DNA of 64,000 nucleotides from Phoronis australis (Eukaryota; Animalia; Phoronida), in the NCBI GenBank assembly GCA_002633005.1, contig NMRA01000632.1, positions 145,877 to 209,876 of the forward strand, read 5' to 3'. A program made the position numbers and the translations under genes. Numbering within the stretch: the first letter of the stretch is position 1; each line of letters starts with the position of its first letter. This document shows positions 13,001 to 26,606 of the stretch, piece by piece. The notes under the pieces were generated by a model. That model did not search any database. It saw only the letters and a list, made by a program, of their open reading frames with translations, and was not told the DNA's origin.

Positions 13001-16000
13001 TTAACCTTGAGTTACCGATATTTTTGCATCGTAGTCTTAGCTTTATTTGTATGGTACAGATTCTGAGAATACAAACATTATTGGAAGGGACATAGGAAAA
13101 TTCGATTTTACTAAACCATTTACTCTACTCCAAGGTTTCCAATTTCACAACCCCTTGGTCACTACCAAGGAATCTCTCTAGGCGCTGCAAATCATTGGAG
13201 GTGCAGTACCATAAAGCCACATACAGTGTTTCATTTGTAGTTTACGTGAATCATTACGACAGCAATTTGCCACATACGATTTGTTCGCTTGTTTTTAGTA
13301 TTGCGCTATTCGAGGAATACTCACTTTACTCAACACTGTCGACAAGGATGTCGTGCAGAAGACGGTTCTACCTAAACTCAAGGCCATATTTCCCCGTGCA
13401 GGTCCCGAGGTATGTTAACATCTGTATTTTACATGCCGGTCGCGCACTCTGAAAATAGGTATGGCTAAGTGAGTTTATCAGATTCTCCTATGAATTGATG
13501 TTTCGATTTCTTAACATGTGCCAATTTCTAGTTTTTCCACCGAATTTTCAGAACATTAAGGTGAGTGAACATTGGAGAATTATTGATTTCTGGTAAAAGC
13601 AGCATGTGACAGAATCTGTTATTTCAGAAGGTCGTTGAGTATTAATCAGCAAGACGCCATTTTCGACCCCATGATCTCTACCGATTTTTTGCATTGTGCT
13701 CTATGAATATTAGTCACTAAACTGTAGATTTCTTTTGGAATAACAAGTAAATCATGGAAATAGTGCTTAATCATAATTTTATGCCACTAGCGCGTAAATA
13801 TTGCAGCTTTGCTTTGAAATGGAGATTTTCAATTTATAGTCAAATCGGTAGGCCCCCGCCGGCGGCTAGATGCTTTTTGAGTTGACTGAGTGAATTCATA
13901 TCTAGTTCAACATTGAAAATGTGACCACTTTCAGTATTTTAGTTTTCATGTCAAGAGAATGTTTCGATAAATTTTGATATTAGAAATGAAAACAACGATA
14001 TGGCATTCATCTGACGTAGCTGGTTTTCGTTTCAGATACAAGTAAATATCATTTCCGCCCTCAACACATTAATAGACTTCTTTGATCGCTCAGTTATTTT
14101 GGACGAAGTACTGCCCTTTATGACAGATCTGCAAGTTCTGGATGCCTATGTGCTAATGGCTTTAATTGGTAAGAAATATTGCCAATAAGTGTTACACCTA
14201 CATACTTTTGTAATTTTAGTGGTTACTATAGTAACACACCGCGTGCCAACAAAATGTCATTGGTTACCGCATATAAATGTTGCATCTGTAATGCCATTGG
14301 CTAGTGGTCCTCATGAATATGCGTCAGTAATTAGATGGGTTGCTGCATATAATAGGCTGATACTTCTGTAATTCTATCGGTGATTGGCCATCTTAGACGT
14401 GTTTCTGTTATTCGATTGGTTGTTGCAGATACGTGTAGTAGTCATGTTTCTGGAATTTCATTGGTTACTACATTTATATTTATATACCACGTGCTTCTAT
14501 AATGCCATTGATTGCTGCACCTCATCATAGTCGTGTTTCTATCATTCCGGTGTTTGTTTCATTTGTTGTAGCCGTCAGCAACTGGAAAAAAGCAAGTGAT
14601 TAATTTTACAGTTTTATACTTCAAGCTAAAGCCAACCGCAAACAATGCCAAATTTCGGTCTTAAATAGCAACTAAAGTAGTTGTAGTACTCCGTTATACA
14701 CGTGGGCTCGCCCACGTTGGTAAAACAGTTCAGGGGCGGATTCCGTCACACAGAACTCTGGCGAGACACTTGCGGTGAGAAAATTAAATTGTCTTTTAAG
14801 ACTTATGAATCGGAAGACGTGAATTTTCTCAGGCTTACAGGGATCTTGAGGCACTCCCAAGAAACTCGCTCCGCGGAACGCACCCCTGAACTTGAAAATC
14901 ATTTCGGGAGTGCAAACGTCTGTCGACGATTGTATTCCCCGCTATTAAGCTTGGATTTTTGTAGACGTGTACAAGCAGATGTTGAGTGACAAAAGGTACG
15001 GATTGAACTATATCCTTTTGGCTACGAAAGTGATGCCGTCTCTTCTCCCGCACACCATGTTGCAGTCATTATCACCAGACCAGGTCAGTCACGTGTTTGT
15101 GAAGGACCTATCAGTTTTGTTTCATTGATGCGAGACAGGCAAATTCTCTATTGCCAATGAATTTCAATCTACATGCTTTTGCTTGTTTTACGTTTTCTAC
15201 TACATTTTACTCGTTACGGAACGTAACACCGTATGTCCAAATATCAAGACACAAGAAGATCGGTTAATTAGTGAACTTTGTTGATGCTGTTTTTATAAAA
15301 ACAAACACGACCTCGCAAATATCAGGTGACCAACGTTTTGTAACGTTTTGGTTAGATAGCAATTCGATGAAAGGGCGCACTTTACATGTAGCATAAATCC
15401 GGTTTAAAAATCTTAAAGTTTTTACATTTCCATGAATTGAGATGCATTTCTTATAGCTATCGTTATTTAAGTACCGCCCCTTCACACTTATTGTAGTCTA
15501 CTATGATATTTCAGTCCTGAATATTTTAAAGCCATTCACTCTGATTAAACAATTCCTTTTAAATAAAAGCATAAAGCATGAATACTGAATATTGATGATT
15601 TAGAATATTCAATATTTAGGCTGTATCATCCAATATGAAACTTGGACTATCGATGTAGAGAACGGAAACAAAGGACAGTGAGAAATGGAAAGAATTGGGC
15701 CTGAGATACTGTAGGAAACAGAGCCGTCTCAAAATGTGAAGGGCAGTCGCCCCATACACTGTAGGAAGGATTGTGACGGAATAGCTTTGTATTTTTTCAT
15801 TTTGCAATGTCAAAGCGCGTTAATAAATTTCATTGTGTAACCGTGTCCTGTATTCAACATTAAACGTTTGCTGACTTTGCCGTTACAGTACATAAAAATA
15901 GCCTATTACATTTCATGCAAAAAAGAGCGGCATCGGAAATCTATGACTCCACTCTCATTAGCGACAGCTATGGCGGGCCTATTTCTAACATTCCCCACCT

Positions 16001-19000
16001 CAAAAGCTGATACTGACCGCAAGTTTAGACGTTGTAATAAATTGATATTAGTGGGGCTCCTTTCCCAGCCTTTTGCGCCATTTCTCATTCATCTTTTGCG
16101 TGTCTGGTCCGCCCTTCTCGTCTGAAGGTCTGCCCTTCAAAGCAACTGTTCGAACTTCATACTGACGAAGCCTAACATTACGGTGTATGCCTCTCCCAAG
16201 TACAATATAGACCCAATATAGACTCAATATAGACCCAATATAGACTCAATATAGACCCAATATAGACTCAATATAGCCTACTTGCTTTTTAGTTGACGTT
16301 GTTGATGGCTGTCATACGAGAAATGATGGACATAGTGGAGCGACAAAGGAGAAATAAAATGGACATCGACACATTGACAGTTACCCTGTCTCCAAGGTGA
16401 GGATTACAAAGCAAGGAATACGGTCTTTTCTTCTAGAACCTTTAAATCCATTTGCAAGTGACTGACTGATGTTTTCTCACTACAAAGGTAGAATTTGAGT
16501 AACTTGGCAAAACGTCTAAATAGTGAAGAACACACAGATTTCGAGATCATCATGCACACAATTCAGTAGATTGGTTCTCACTTTTCTCGTTCTTTACCTG
16601 CCCCTTCTCATCCTTTCCTTGCTTGTATGCTCCTTCCGGGAGACACTTGCTTCTCATCCTTTCTCCCTTTCGATACGTAGGATACCAAGCCACCGTATGC
16701 ACGAGCATCGAATCATCCGCACTAACCACTGAATCATCCGCACGAAACGCTGCATAATCATCTGCTCCACTAACCATCCGCACGAACCCTTTAAATGTTA
16801 CGCATGAACCACGATATCATACGTATGGCGAATACAAACCGTAAATATGAGCATCACTCTCATTGGCACGAGCATTTTCCGCACAAGAATCAAATCCTTC
16901 GCAAGAACATGCGCGCACCCAGCCGAAAAAAATGGGAGGGGGCTCGAATTTTCGAGAATGTGGACCTTTTACTAAGATTTACGGGACGTTCAGAGCTATG
17001 AATAGTGAATTCTCCGAATTTTGGTAGTTCCTGCCTTTTTAGTGGACTTAAGTCTCGTTTTCTACTTTTTTCGGAGTTCTTGTTTCTCTGAGGCGGACTT
17101 TTTTGCCTACTTCTCCAAATGAGAGGCTCGTTCTAGCTACCTGAGCCCCCCCTTGGAGGTGCTTATGAAAAACAAGCATTTTTTCAAAATATTGAACCTC
17201 AAAGACTGTGAGCCTTATAAATTATTTGGTGGTTTGTGTTGACGATTATATCTACTGCCATGCGGCATGCACCCATGTTTCATCATCTTACCTTTTCACC
17301 AGGTGGTCATGCAGGACACAATCTGTCTTAGAGGATTTAGCTTTTACTAGAACTAAAAGCACCAAAATCTACTGTGTTTTGTGATTTTATTGTAAATCGC
17401 CGATTCCTAACAACGGCTTTCTGACGAAGAAATCGAGGCCGTCACCTCATCATTTGATAAGTGCACCAGTGTGTCGTGCTGATCAAAGCCAGCCTGAAAA
17501 GCCAAGGGCTAATCCTCTGAGCAAATACGAGAAAAAGAGGCAAAGAGCCGTAACACACTGGGGATTATCATCTCTACATGTAGTTAAGCATTTGGGAACG
17601 AAATCGAACGTTGAACTGTCATGGGTGATGGATTGAACACTTTCAGACTTTCCCGGGCTGCCTCAGGTAGATAGCCCGGTGGGTTTGCATATCGTCTGCT
17701 TTCTTTCAAAAATAGATTGTCATTCATGCTCACTTTTTGATTGCGCTTTGACCTAAAATGTTTTTGAAAAGCTTATCAGCAATCTTAGTCCTTCATGGCT
17801 GTGGACCAAAAACAACTACCTCACCCTGGGAATGTGGGTGATACTGCAGTTGGTCACGTGATATAAGCGAGGTCACAAGCCATCAAAACGTTCAACGCTT
17901 ACTTAAGTTCACTACTTAATCGACTTTTTGAGTTTTAATATTTGGACATATGCAATTGTGTTACGTGGCAAGTAAAATAAAGTGGAAAACGTAAAATAGA
18001 TAGGAGATTAAAGTCCTTATGTTTAAGAACCATAAAACCGCCGTGGTGATATTTTTACATAGTTCTGAGAAACGGCACAGTGTGGCTGGGATTGAGACAG
18101 AATATGAGAAACTACGCAATGGTGGACCACCTGGCAGGCAGAAACTAAGTGTCGTTATTGGTGGGAAAAACTCACCGACTCACAGGTCACGAACAGGTGA
18201 GACACAAAATAACTGGATTTCAATTTGAGCCTTTAGGCCAGGGGAGGATCCAGGATTTTTTAAAAGGGGGGTCTGATCAAGGACGTTTTTAAAAAGGGAT
18301 CCAAACCAACAATTTGAACATTATAGACTTGATATCACTAAAATCAAGGGAAATAATGGGTGTCCAGACATCTTTGACCCCCTGGATCCTCCTGTGGAGA
18401 CGTATTTTGTATAGAGCTTTGCTCAGTAAAACTTTTTACCTCCTTAATATTTCAGAAATCAAATTTAAGCAAAGCAAAATTGTTGCCACTGTGAAGTTTT
18501 GTGAAGTAATGTATTCCGTAAATGACAAGTTCAACTACAGCAATAGATGCATTTTCCGATGTTTAACAAATTACCTGACATTTGACCTAAGTCAAAGTAG
18601 TATTATAAACTTCATGTTTTAAATTCTTGGTTGCGTTGGATCTTCTACATGAACTAGCTTAAAGATAACTGAATGAGTCGACCTGTATCAGCATGTTTCA
18701 CCTCCAACAATGAATGCTTTGCAGTCCCGAATACACCGGATGCTCAAGTTCCTCCGCGACATCGATTTTCTGTGTCGTCTCCGTCTGGTTACCACTTAGC
18801 ACATCGCAGGAAGCATTCTAGTCAAGGATCCTTATTCATACGCAGAGTAAGTTAGGTCACACGTTCACACATATCTTTTAGGGGTCCTCTCACGCTTGCA
18901 CGGTTATAGGAATTTCCCACTTCGTGCATGTCAACAATTTTATCCATGTATACATAGCCAAGGGCTGCTACGGGTGAGAGCCCCAACAGTTTTCGTCCCG

Positions 19001-20266
19001 GTGATTCGAGAAACCGTCACCTTTTCTGAGGTCCCCACACGTTTCGTCAGCTAACAATTTAGCTGTAAACTTGTTAATGTAAACTTGTATGGGTTTACAA
19101 TTTTGCATTTAGGATCCTCATTGACTGGGGTGGTACGCATAACGAAGCGGGCGTAAGAACACTTACCGTTGAACGGTTAACCATTCAGCATCGTATAGGA
19201 AGGCAATAAAAAACATATTCCATTGCAACACTTACCGTATAGCAGGACCCTTACCACTGGAAGCGATCCTTGGCACTCGCCGCAAAGATATCTTACTAAG
19301 CACAAAGAACTTTAATGCATAGCTTGAACGACGACAAAAAGACACGCATGACTTTGGGCTTGGTGAGTTCTTGTGGTGCGTGATTAATATGTGTTAAGAG
19401 TGCTAATGCATGGATATCCTGTCGTGGTAAGGGTTCTGTTCTGTGGTTATGAGTGTTCCGCGGCCCGTGGTAAGGGCTGAAACACCACTTCGTGAGGCAA
19501 CACATCCGCTGTAGCATCAGTTTTACGTCATTAAAATGAGACCGTTACTCTCGCTCCAATAAAAATTCTCCAGATACTGAATGGTCATTAGCGACACAGC
19601 TTGGTGGCGGCGGGATTGGGCGCGCGTCGCTTGGTCAGGGACTCAATCCCTCCATGAATTCTTAAGAAGATGAACATTTATCGATTCATGACAGTTCGTG
19701 GTAATCGTGGTAATAGTAGACTGGATCTCTTGACTGGCTCAAATGATCACGCAATAACTTGAAGCACGATCCGTGATTATTTTTGAAATTAAGAATGTCT
19801 TAGTTTACCAACCGCCCTCTTACCCTGTTGTAAGGCAAACAGATTCACCGTTTGTCTTTCCCTACCTGTCAGGCAATGTAGTATTTTAACTGCTATCACT
19901 ATGTAAGCATACGCATTAAAATACTCTCAAAACTAATAAATATAAAGCACGGAAGTTTCATTATGTCTTTTCCAGGATTCTTCTCCACTTTTTAGTCAAA
20001 TGGGAGAAGGAATCGAGCTGCTTGCTGAAGGTCAAGGGCGGCCAGCCATTAATCTGGTGCCAGACGTCTCCAGGACGAAAGGACTGCATAAAAGATATTC
20101 CAAAGATTCTTTGATGGATCGCGAGGACATCTTACGACGTTTCAGTGACGGACAAACGGGAACATGTCGTCGACCAAGCATACAAAGCTTCTGCAGCGAT
20201 GACACTCCAATAAGAGATTCCGCACGCCGTTTCAGCACGCAGAGTTGTGGTGCCGTAATTGTACAG
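7072..20266 (+). CDS. SCYL2: SCY1-like protein 2 family pseudokinase + HEAT repeats (spliced, 5' partial)
   Basis: Exons 7072-7218, 8331-8546, 9389-9505, 10086-10214, 11380-11556, 11888-12010 (GC donor), 13299-13409, 14036-14168, 14965-15083, 16293-16396, 18063-18196, 18725-18846, 19976-20266 join in one open frame (641 codons) with AG acceptors and GT donors. Peptide motifs: LSFLHSCEQTLHGNVTPQSILVTKRGTWKLAGLGF, QPPLDYTAPE, SDMFSLGMVI, RYRPTA, then HEAT-like repeats (VLPSII, VILPLV, TVLPKL, DEVLPF, TKVMPSLLP). HGN replaces HRD and DFG is absent, as in SCYL pseudokinases. May be an SCYL2 paralog rather than the ortholog. Confidence 0.9.
8665..8930. repeat. (CAT/CGT)n low-complexity degenerate microsatellite
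   Basis: Intronic catcat/cgtcat-rich tract; explains the spurious His- and Thr/Met-rich ORFs. Confidence 0.8.
9788..9956. mobile_element. Short CAGGGGCGG-type MITE
   Basis: Imperfect TIR caggggcgggtccaggg...ccctaaatctgtcactg with G/C-run subtermini. Similar elements at 14731-14888 and 18239-18396. Confidence 0.6.
12096..12930. mobile_element. Non-autonomous DNA transposon (CA...TG TIRs) with an internal tRNA-like segment
   Basis: TIR cataggcggatttaag / ctagattcgccactg; its 3' ~290 bp recurs at 27293-27589. Confidence 0.7.
16203..16276. repeat. 11-bp tandem repeat with 22-bp higher-order unit
   Basis: (caatatagacc caatatagact)x3 + caatatag. Confidence 0.95.
16908..17167. mobile_element. MITE family C copy
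   Basis: catgcgcgcaccc...ggtgcttatg, similar to 36646-36896 (reverse) and 60575-60787; flanks aagaa/aaaaa. Confidence 0.65.
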
Positions 20267-20371
20267 GTGAACACATTACGCCTTTTTCTCGGGAGAGGTC
20301 AGCACTGAATAAACCGGTAGGCTGCACTTGATTGACTTCGTGGTTCCAACAGGCAACAGACTTTGACATCA

Positions 20372-20514
20372 GGGTAGTGTATCGATCAGTAACGCTAGTA
20401 CCTCGCTAAAAAGAAAGATTTTGCGAGATTACGTAAGATATTGCCGTGTATTTTACATGAGAACACGTGATATTGGCTAGACTTTAGCGAGGTCCTAGCG
20501 TTACTGAACTACCC
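20372..20514. mobile_element. MITE family A copy
   Basis: High similarity to 4586-4720, with TIR tcagtaacgctag...ctagcgttactga. Confidence 0.85.
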
Positions 20515-21574
20515 AGATTTGCCTGTAAACCGGATGTAGTCATGGAGGACCAATCACATGTCTCGGCCGGTTAAGCTAAACGAACTGGTAAAGTCAATGA
20601 AGTACACCCGTTGAGTTCGGGACTTTCTGAGGATATGAAGTGTAACTGTCCTACACGAGCGCATTTAGGCTCAAGCGCCTGTGTATGAAGCTGCATCTCA
20701 GTGATGGCGGGTTTAAACACATTCGCACATACCTGAACACTGTCTTGAGCAAAACTATGGAGCCACAAGTTCTAAAAATGTCATATCATTGAAGCTTGGC
20801 GGGACGTTTGGATGATGGTCACAAAAAATATCATAACACTTGTCTTTGTGGAACAGCTGGACATGCACTGTTCACACACTCCTGTGTTTTTATTTTCATG
20901 AAAACGGGCATCCTGTTTATATAACAAGTGCTAGAAGTCAGCTTCCGATTGTTCACCACTGCAGGGTCGACCAACCCAAATACATTGTACGAAGCCTGCC
21001 AAGCGAACGACATAAAATTTTAAACCGATCATCATTACCAGTTTACTGGATCAGGCATGTTATTTTCACTTGATGCGAGGTTATTTTGAGCATGCGCATT
21101 GGAGCAACTCAGATGTGGCCGCTTTTAATCGGCGAAAGAGCTGTAGAATTAGAGATATGGAATGGTCCAATTTGTCCATAATAGTTGTGAACATTAAGTT
21201 GAGTATCGATTCCTGTAACGATCTAAAGTATTTTAGCTCGCTAGTTTTAATCAGTGAAAACTCGCCTCTCTGGACGGCTGTTGTATACCTTCTATATATT
21301 ATGGTGTGACGTCGAATGAAAAAATTATATCCTCGCAATTTGATTGCGTTTGAAAATTTGTTTTAGAGTCCGCTGGAAGTCTAGTGCATGTGTCTTTGTT
21401 GATTTTTCCGTAAGTGGCGCTGCCGTTCACAGCCAATGTTACAAGTTTATTTGATAATTCACATCCACATACTACCAAAGAAAAAAGAAAATAAATCATA
21501 ACTATTTGAGTAACTAAATTGTGTAATTCTTAAACCGGCGAGGAAAGGTATACAGCAAAAATTTAATAAGTTTT

Positions 21575-21772
21575 GTCAGCACGCCACCTGTGGCCACATC
21601 ACGAGACCTAATGAACATAAGTCTGAAAATTTTTCTGCCCAACTGGAACTCGAACCTGGGACTCTCTGAACGGTTAGAAGAACATCCCGTATTCGAGTCC
21701 CGGTTCGTGCAGAAATCTTTTCAAACTTATATTCATTAGGTCACGTGATGTGGCCACAGGTGGCGTGCTGAC
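21575..21772. repeat. Long palindromic element with tRNA B-box-like cores in both arms
   Basis: gtcagcacgccacctgtggccacatcacg...cgtgatgtggccacaggtggcgtgctgac; arms ~85 bp. Confidence 0.85.
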
Positions 21773-23496
21773 CAGACTTCAACATTTTCCCGATATTTGA
21801 GAATGTTATGAATGTAATTTCTTTTACATTGTGCTTATTCATTCGCAGATGCTCATTAATAGTTTATGGTTTATCCAGGCGCATATTCAGATCGTGCTTT
21901 CATCAGTGACAGGCACTTTCCTATTTCGTACTCTGTAGATCATTGATGGAAATGTCCCAAGTACATCGCAAAACCATCGCTTTTAGTCACAACCGATGTT
22001 TGTTTGATCAAGATGGTGTAATATTGTTGTGTTTACGTGTTCCAGCGACATGGTTGCGTGGAATCATCGGGTTCAATAAAATTGATTGACATATCGGAAC
22101 TGTCTATTATAAGACCGTGGTAGTTCATACCGACGTGTCAACTCTGGTTATTTAAAATAAACGAGTGGCGTTGACGCAAGCTTTCTACAGACTAATTTTA
22201 CCCGTCAAATTGTTAGAGATGTGACGGTAGTTCTGTATCATTTGGTGTATTTTCCAGCCTGCCGAAGAACAACGGAAAGACAGTAAATCAACGAACTTAT
22301 TAGACGCTTTGGCGCCAGCCATCACATTCCGGAAAGGGAGCATTGGAGATAGTATGGTAAGCGATTCCTGTTGTCTTGGGTACAATTTGATAAAAATGGA
22401 GTACCACACACTGTGACACTAGAGCATTTTCAATAGTTATGTATTCTGAGTTGAGAAATGAATGTTTTTGACGAATGACACTATAGCTTATTATTTCGGG
22501 GTTTTGAAATTTGGTTGTGGAAAATGTGCTGTGATTCATCAAGTTCGCTTTGTCAAGGGTAGGATTCACCTAACTGACTTCTTTTAAAGATAATTATATG
22601 TTGAGCGCGCGGCCGGGTTCCGTTTTTCAAAAATAGACAACTACAAAGCACGAAGAAATAAGAATGGGGCGGTTTATTCTCACAAAAGTGACACCTATGG
22701 AATGAAGACAAATCTTCAAAATATTCAGTACACGTATTTTCTATCCAAGACTTAAAAACTCTGCAGAACTAAAAAACAATTCAAAACCAGAATTTATCGC
22801 GTCAGGACCAAATTTTAACAGGTCATTTCCAAAATTTAACACTTCCATTGTGTCTCTGCGATATTCAGCCGTATTCAAATCTAATGTGTCCAAGAGTACA
22901 TTGGGTTCTGTTGTAACAGGTGGATGGGACATCAAAAATTCAACCTCAATGTAACGATATGACTATCGTCGGCGAGACGAACGCTTAGCTCTTGCTTACC
23001 TCACCTACATAATCACTTTGAGGGCTCAATGCTTGTGGATGGTCATGTGGTCTCTTAGCATGAGAATTTTCTAGCGTGTTAAATTTTCGATCCTGACATG
23101 ACTCAAATTTGGGTATTGAGTTGTTTTTTGGTCCAACAGAGTAAAAATGATGTTTTGGACTATTCATAATTCTTGCATTAGTGAAAATTCTGGTTTTGAG
23201 TTTTTTGGTTCTGCAGAGTAAAAATGGCTGTTTTTAAATATTGCATAATATGTGTGACCTAGGATTTTCCGCTTTCCTACCTACGACCTCTGACCCCAAT
23301 ATACCGGCAGAAATCATAAAGTGTGACCTTGCTTAATTTCTCTGCTCGGCTTTTGCGAGTATCGCAAAATTTGTTCAAAACATGCGACTCTCACGCCATA
23401 TTGTGAAATAGAATGCTCCAATGCATTACTCGTGTTGCCTGAACAGTGCTGAATATAACATGAAGTATTTTTCTATTTCAATTGTTGCCTTTCCAG

Positions 23497-23532
23497 ATGA
23501 GTTTCTTTGGTAGTAAAACGCCACCACCTTGA
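23497..23532 (+). CDS. Tentative terminal coding exon of the SCYL2-like gene (MSFFGSKTPPP*)
   Basis: Good acceptor (attgttgcctttccag) in phase 0, matching the 20266 donor, followed by TGA at 23530-23532. Other AGs (near 21848 and 22045) cannot be excluded. Confidence 0.4.
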   Translation: MSFFGSKTPPP

Positions 23533-24479
23533 TGTCGACAGGAAACTGGCAAGCGGTACTCTTCTCTGATTCGGTTAAAGTCACGGAGGACTGTTTAAGT
23601 CAAAAGACCGATGATTGGCAAAATAAGTAAACCACGAGTCAAAATGGTTTGTTTGGACATAGTTGTGAAAGATTGCTGCACGAAGACCTTTGTTTTTCTT
23701 GCGTGAAAATCTTGAAATGCGTTCTTGGAAACCGGTCTCCGTTCTGTAGAGGCGAGAACCTTGCGGAAACGCAAGATCACGCAAGACTTCGCGAGACATC
23801 GCCATGTTGGACCTATTACAAGCAAAGCACCTGATCTATCTCACACAAGCGTCCTTCGAGATATTCTTGAGTCTACGGAACTCGGCTGTGATGTCGTGCC
23901 TGGTACTCTGTTATGCAAATATACATGTAGAGACAGTGCAAAATGCGTGATTCCAACAGTTATGCAACACGCAGTGAATTTGAATCGAAGTAACCAAATC
24001 TGAAAACATTTCGTAGACAGCCATTGTAAGCAACTGATAAACATTCACATAAAGCACGAAATCTGTTTTTTGTTTCACATTAATTTCCATTCATACAAAC
24101 ATTTATTCGTGGAAGGCTGGTAAAAGAAATTGACGTGGAACACTCTGCGACTTTCCGTACATTCGTGGCATTTGTTGGCCATCTTTCTCCAGGTGGAGCA
24201 ATTTATCCATTTTTCATGAAAATATATTTTCATAGTACCGTCCACACACTGACTTATCCTTGGACAATTTGCACTAGTGCAACTTGCCACAATTTGAAGT
24301 GGAGCACCCATACACTCATAACTAGCACAAGGCGGAAGTTGTCGCCCTGCGCATGACAATGAACAGGCTGATGCGAATAGGGCACACAAAAGATAACCCC
24401 CCCCTATGTAACCGTAGCCGATAATTACTGCCGACTTGCCTCAAGTTTTCGGTCACACAGCGACTAGAAGTAGCACAAG

Positions 24480-24640
24480 TTCCCTTAGAACTGCGCTACC
24501 TCGATAAGGTGGAGAAAGTTCTCACAAATGGGGCAAGTTTCTTTAGTTTAAACAGCGTCCAGACAGCCCTCAGTCCTTGCGATAACTTGTTTCAGGAGTA
24601 CAAGTAACTTGTTCCAGGATAAGTGTGTGTGTGTAGACAG
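24480..24640. repeat. Dispersed repeat; inverted copy at ~49072-49225
   Basis: Shared blocks cctcgataaggtggag, tagtttaaacagcgtcca and agtaacttgttc. Confidence 0.65.
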
Positions 24641-25199
24641 GAGTTTTGATACGCTAATACATGGCATAAACGTTGTCCACAAAGATGAAACTTAGCAAAG
24701 ACTAAAATTGGGTTAGCGTTGCCCGGCAATTAAAAATAAATCTTGTAATTTGTTATAATCTCGTTAGGAAGAGAAAAAGTGTAGAGACGTCCTCCCAGGA
24801 ACTACGTCTGACGTATTTACGTTGAAAAAATAAGTGTCTGTAACTTTTGTACAGGGGAAATTTGGGGTTCCTTTTCTATTCAAGTAGGGGTTGCTACTGA
24901 GAAATATACGAACCATTACGTATTGAAACCAACTTAGTTAAATGCTGTTAGAAAAAATCAAAATATTTTGATAAACGACTTTTCAACATATACATGTAGT
25001 GGTGCCATTTTCGAACCTAGAAATTCCCTTCATTTGTGATTTCAGTTGAACATAAATATGCAAAACATAAAAGTCATACATTGGTATACAAACTTTTTTA
25101 CCTTTCAGTAATCGTTGCAACGCATCCGGGGAAATCAAGTATTACAGTGTCATTAGAGCTGGAAGTTCTTACGCCGATCTAGGTTGACTGTACTTCTAT

Positions 25200-25440
25200 T
25201 GTTATTGTTATGGATTTAAAAGAATAGAATTTCAATGGATTCAAAGGAATATAATTTCTAAAGGCATCAAATTCCAGAAATTTCCCCTGTTATCCACTAA
25301 ATTATGTATAGGTCTTATACCCTTATCATTCCAAGATTTGAGAAAAGTCTGTTTGCTTTCCACCATATGGTTAGCAAAATTTCCCATTTCTCCTGGGTAA
25401 AGTGATAAAAATCTTTCAACGCTCGAGAATTTTATATCCA
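25200..25440 (-). mobile_element. Decayed L1/Tx1-clade-like LINE ORF2 fragment
   Basis: Minus-strand TFLKSWNDKGIRPIHNLVDNRGNF resembles the WxxKGIxxIxDLxDxxGxF motif found downstream of RT in L1/Tx1 ORF2. Confidence 0.5.
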
Positions 25441-26606
25441 AAAACTAGTCCAATTGATAATCGAATGCATTACAGCAAGCATCACTAAAACAATGGAAAT
25501 TTGGCATCAGAATATTAACAAACCCGTTTAGATATATCCCGGTAAGACGTATTGAGCAAGGATATAGCAAACATGATATTGCTGATAAATATATATCTGT
25601 GACGACTTGCCACTTTCTATCGTAAATCCGATGTTGTTCTATTGAAACCAATGCAAGAACTGTTTTCATTCGCTTAACCGCGTCTTGTAAAGAACGAAGT
25701 ACGGAGTGGGGGAATTTCTGTGAATGAATTAGCAGGCTGGTAAGAAGCATTCGTGAGTCCATGGTCCAGGAAGAGATCTCAATTTTGCACTTTTTCGTAA
25801 AACTGTTGTTTTGATGTTATATATTCTAGCAGAACCAATAAATTGTACATGGCATAATGTTTGTTTTCAGTTTAGAGGGAGGGTCAGGGAAGAGGGTTGG
25901 GGCGGGGGGAGGCCAGGGGGAGAACATTTATTTAGAATAATACATATACTACTTTACAATACGAATGATTTTAGGTGACCCTGGCAGGTATGAAACCGTT
26001 AAAATGAGAAGGAAGGGGGGGGGGGCAATTACAATTTAATACATTGTAAAGTAAATTTTATTAAATTATAACTTAAGTTAGATTACAAATTGATACATAA
26101 ACAAAATAAAACGCATTGCAAATTTAGAAAATTTGCCAAGTGAGAACTTTTGAATCTTAGCAGTTTTATTCTTTTGCTTTTAAAGTAGCATTCCTGGCGA
26201 GAAAGAATTTGCATACATTGGTATAAGCAAGGAATCTAACCATGGAGCACCACAGTAGCAGCCGAACGCTCTGTTGTTGAGTTAAATCAAATGTAGTTCT
26301 GAAAAGTGTTGCTTGACTCCTATAATACAGATAAAAACAATGCATTCAATCCAGCTGGGGTTCACTTCCGAACTGAAAAATGAAGTAATACCTAAAATTA
26401 CGTATACACAACTGGTCTCGGCAGCTACCCCACTACACGCACTAGACGTGAATCTGCCTGAATGCAGGAACGTGACACTTGTGGATCTTATGGTTTCGCA
26501 ATGGGGACTGTCACAATTTTCGAAGAAAAATGTCCGCTTAACCCCTAAACTCGGATTTTCAATTTTCGTTTTCAGATGTTCATTGGAAACAGGATGCTGG
26601 GATATT

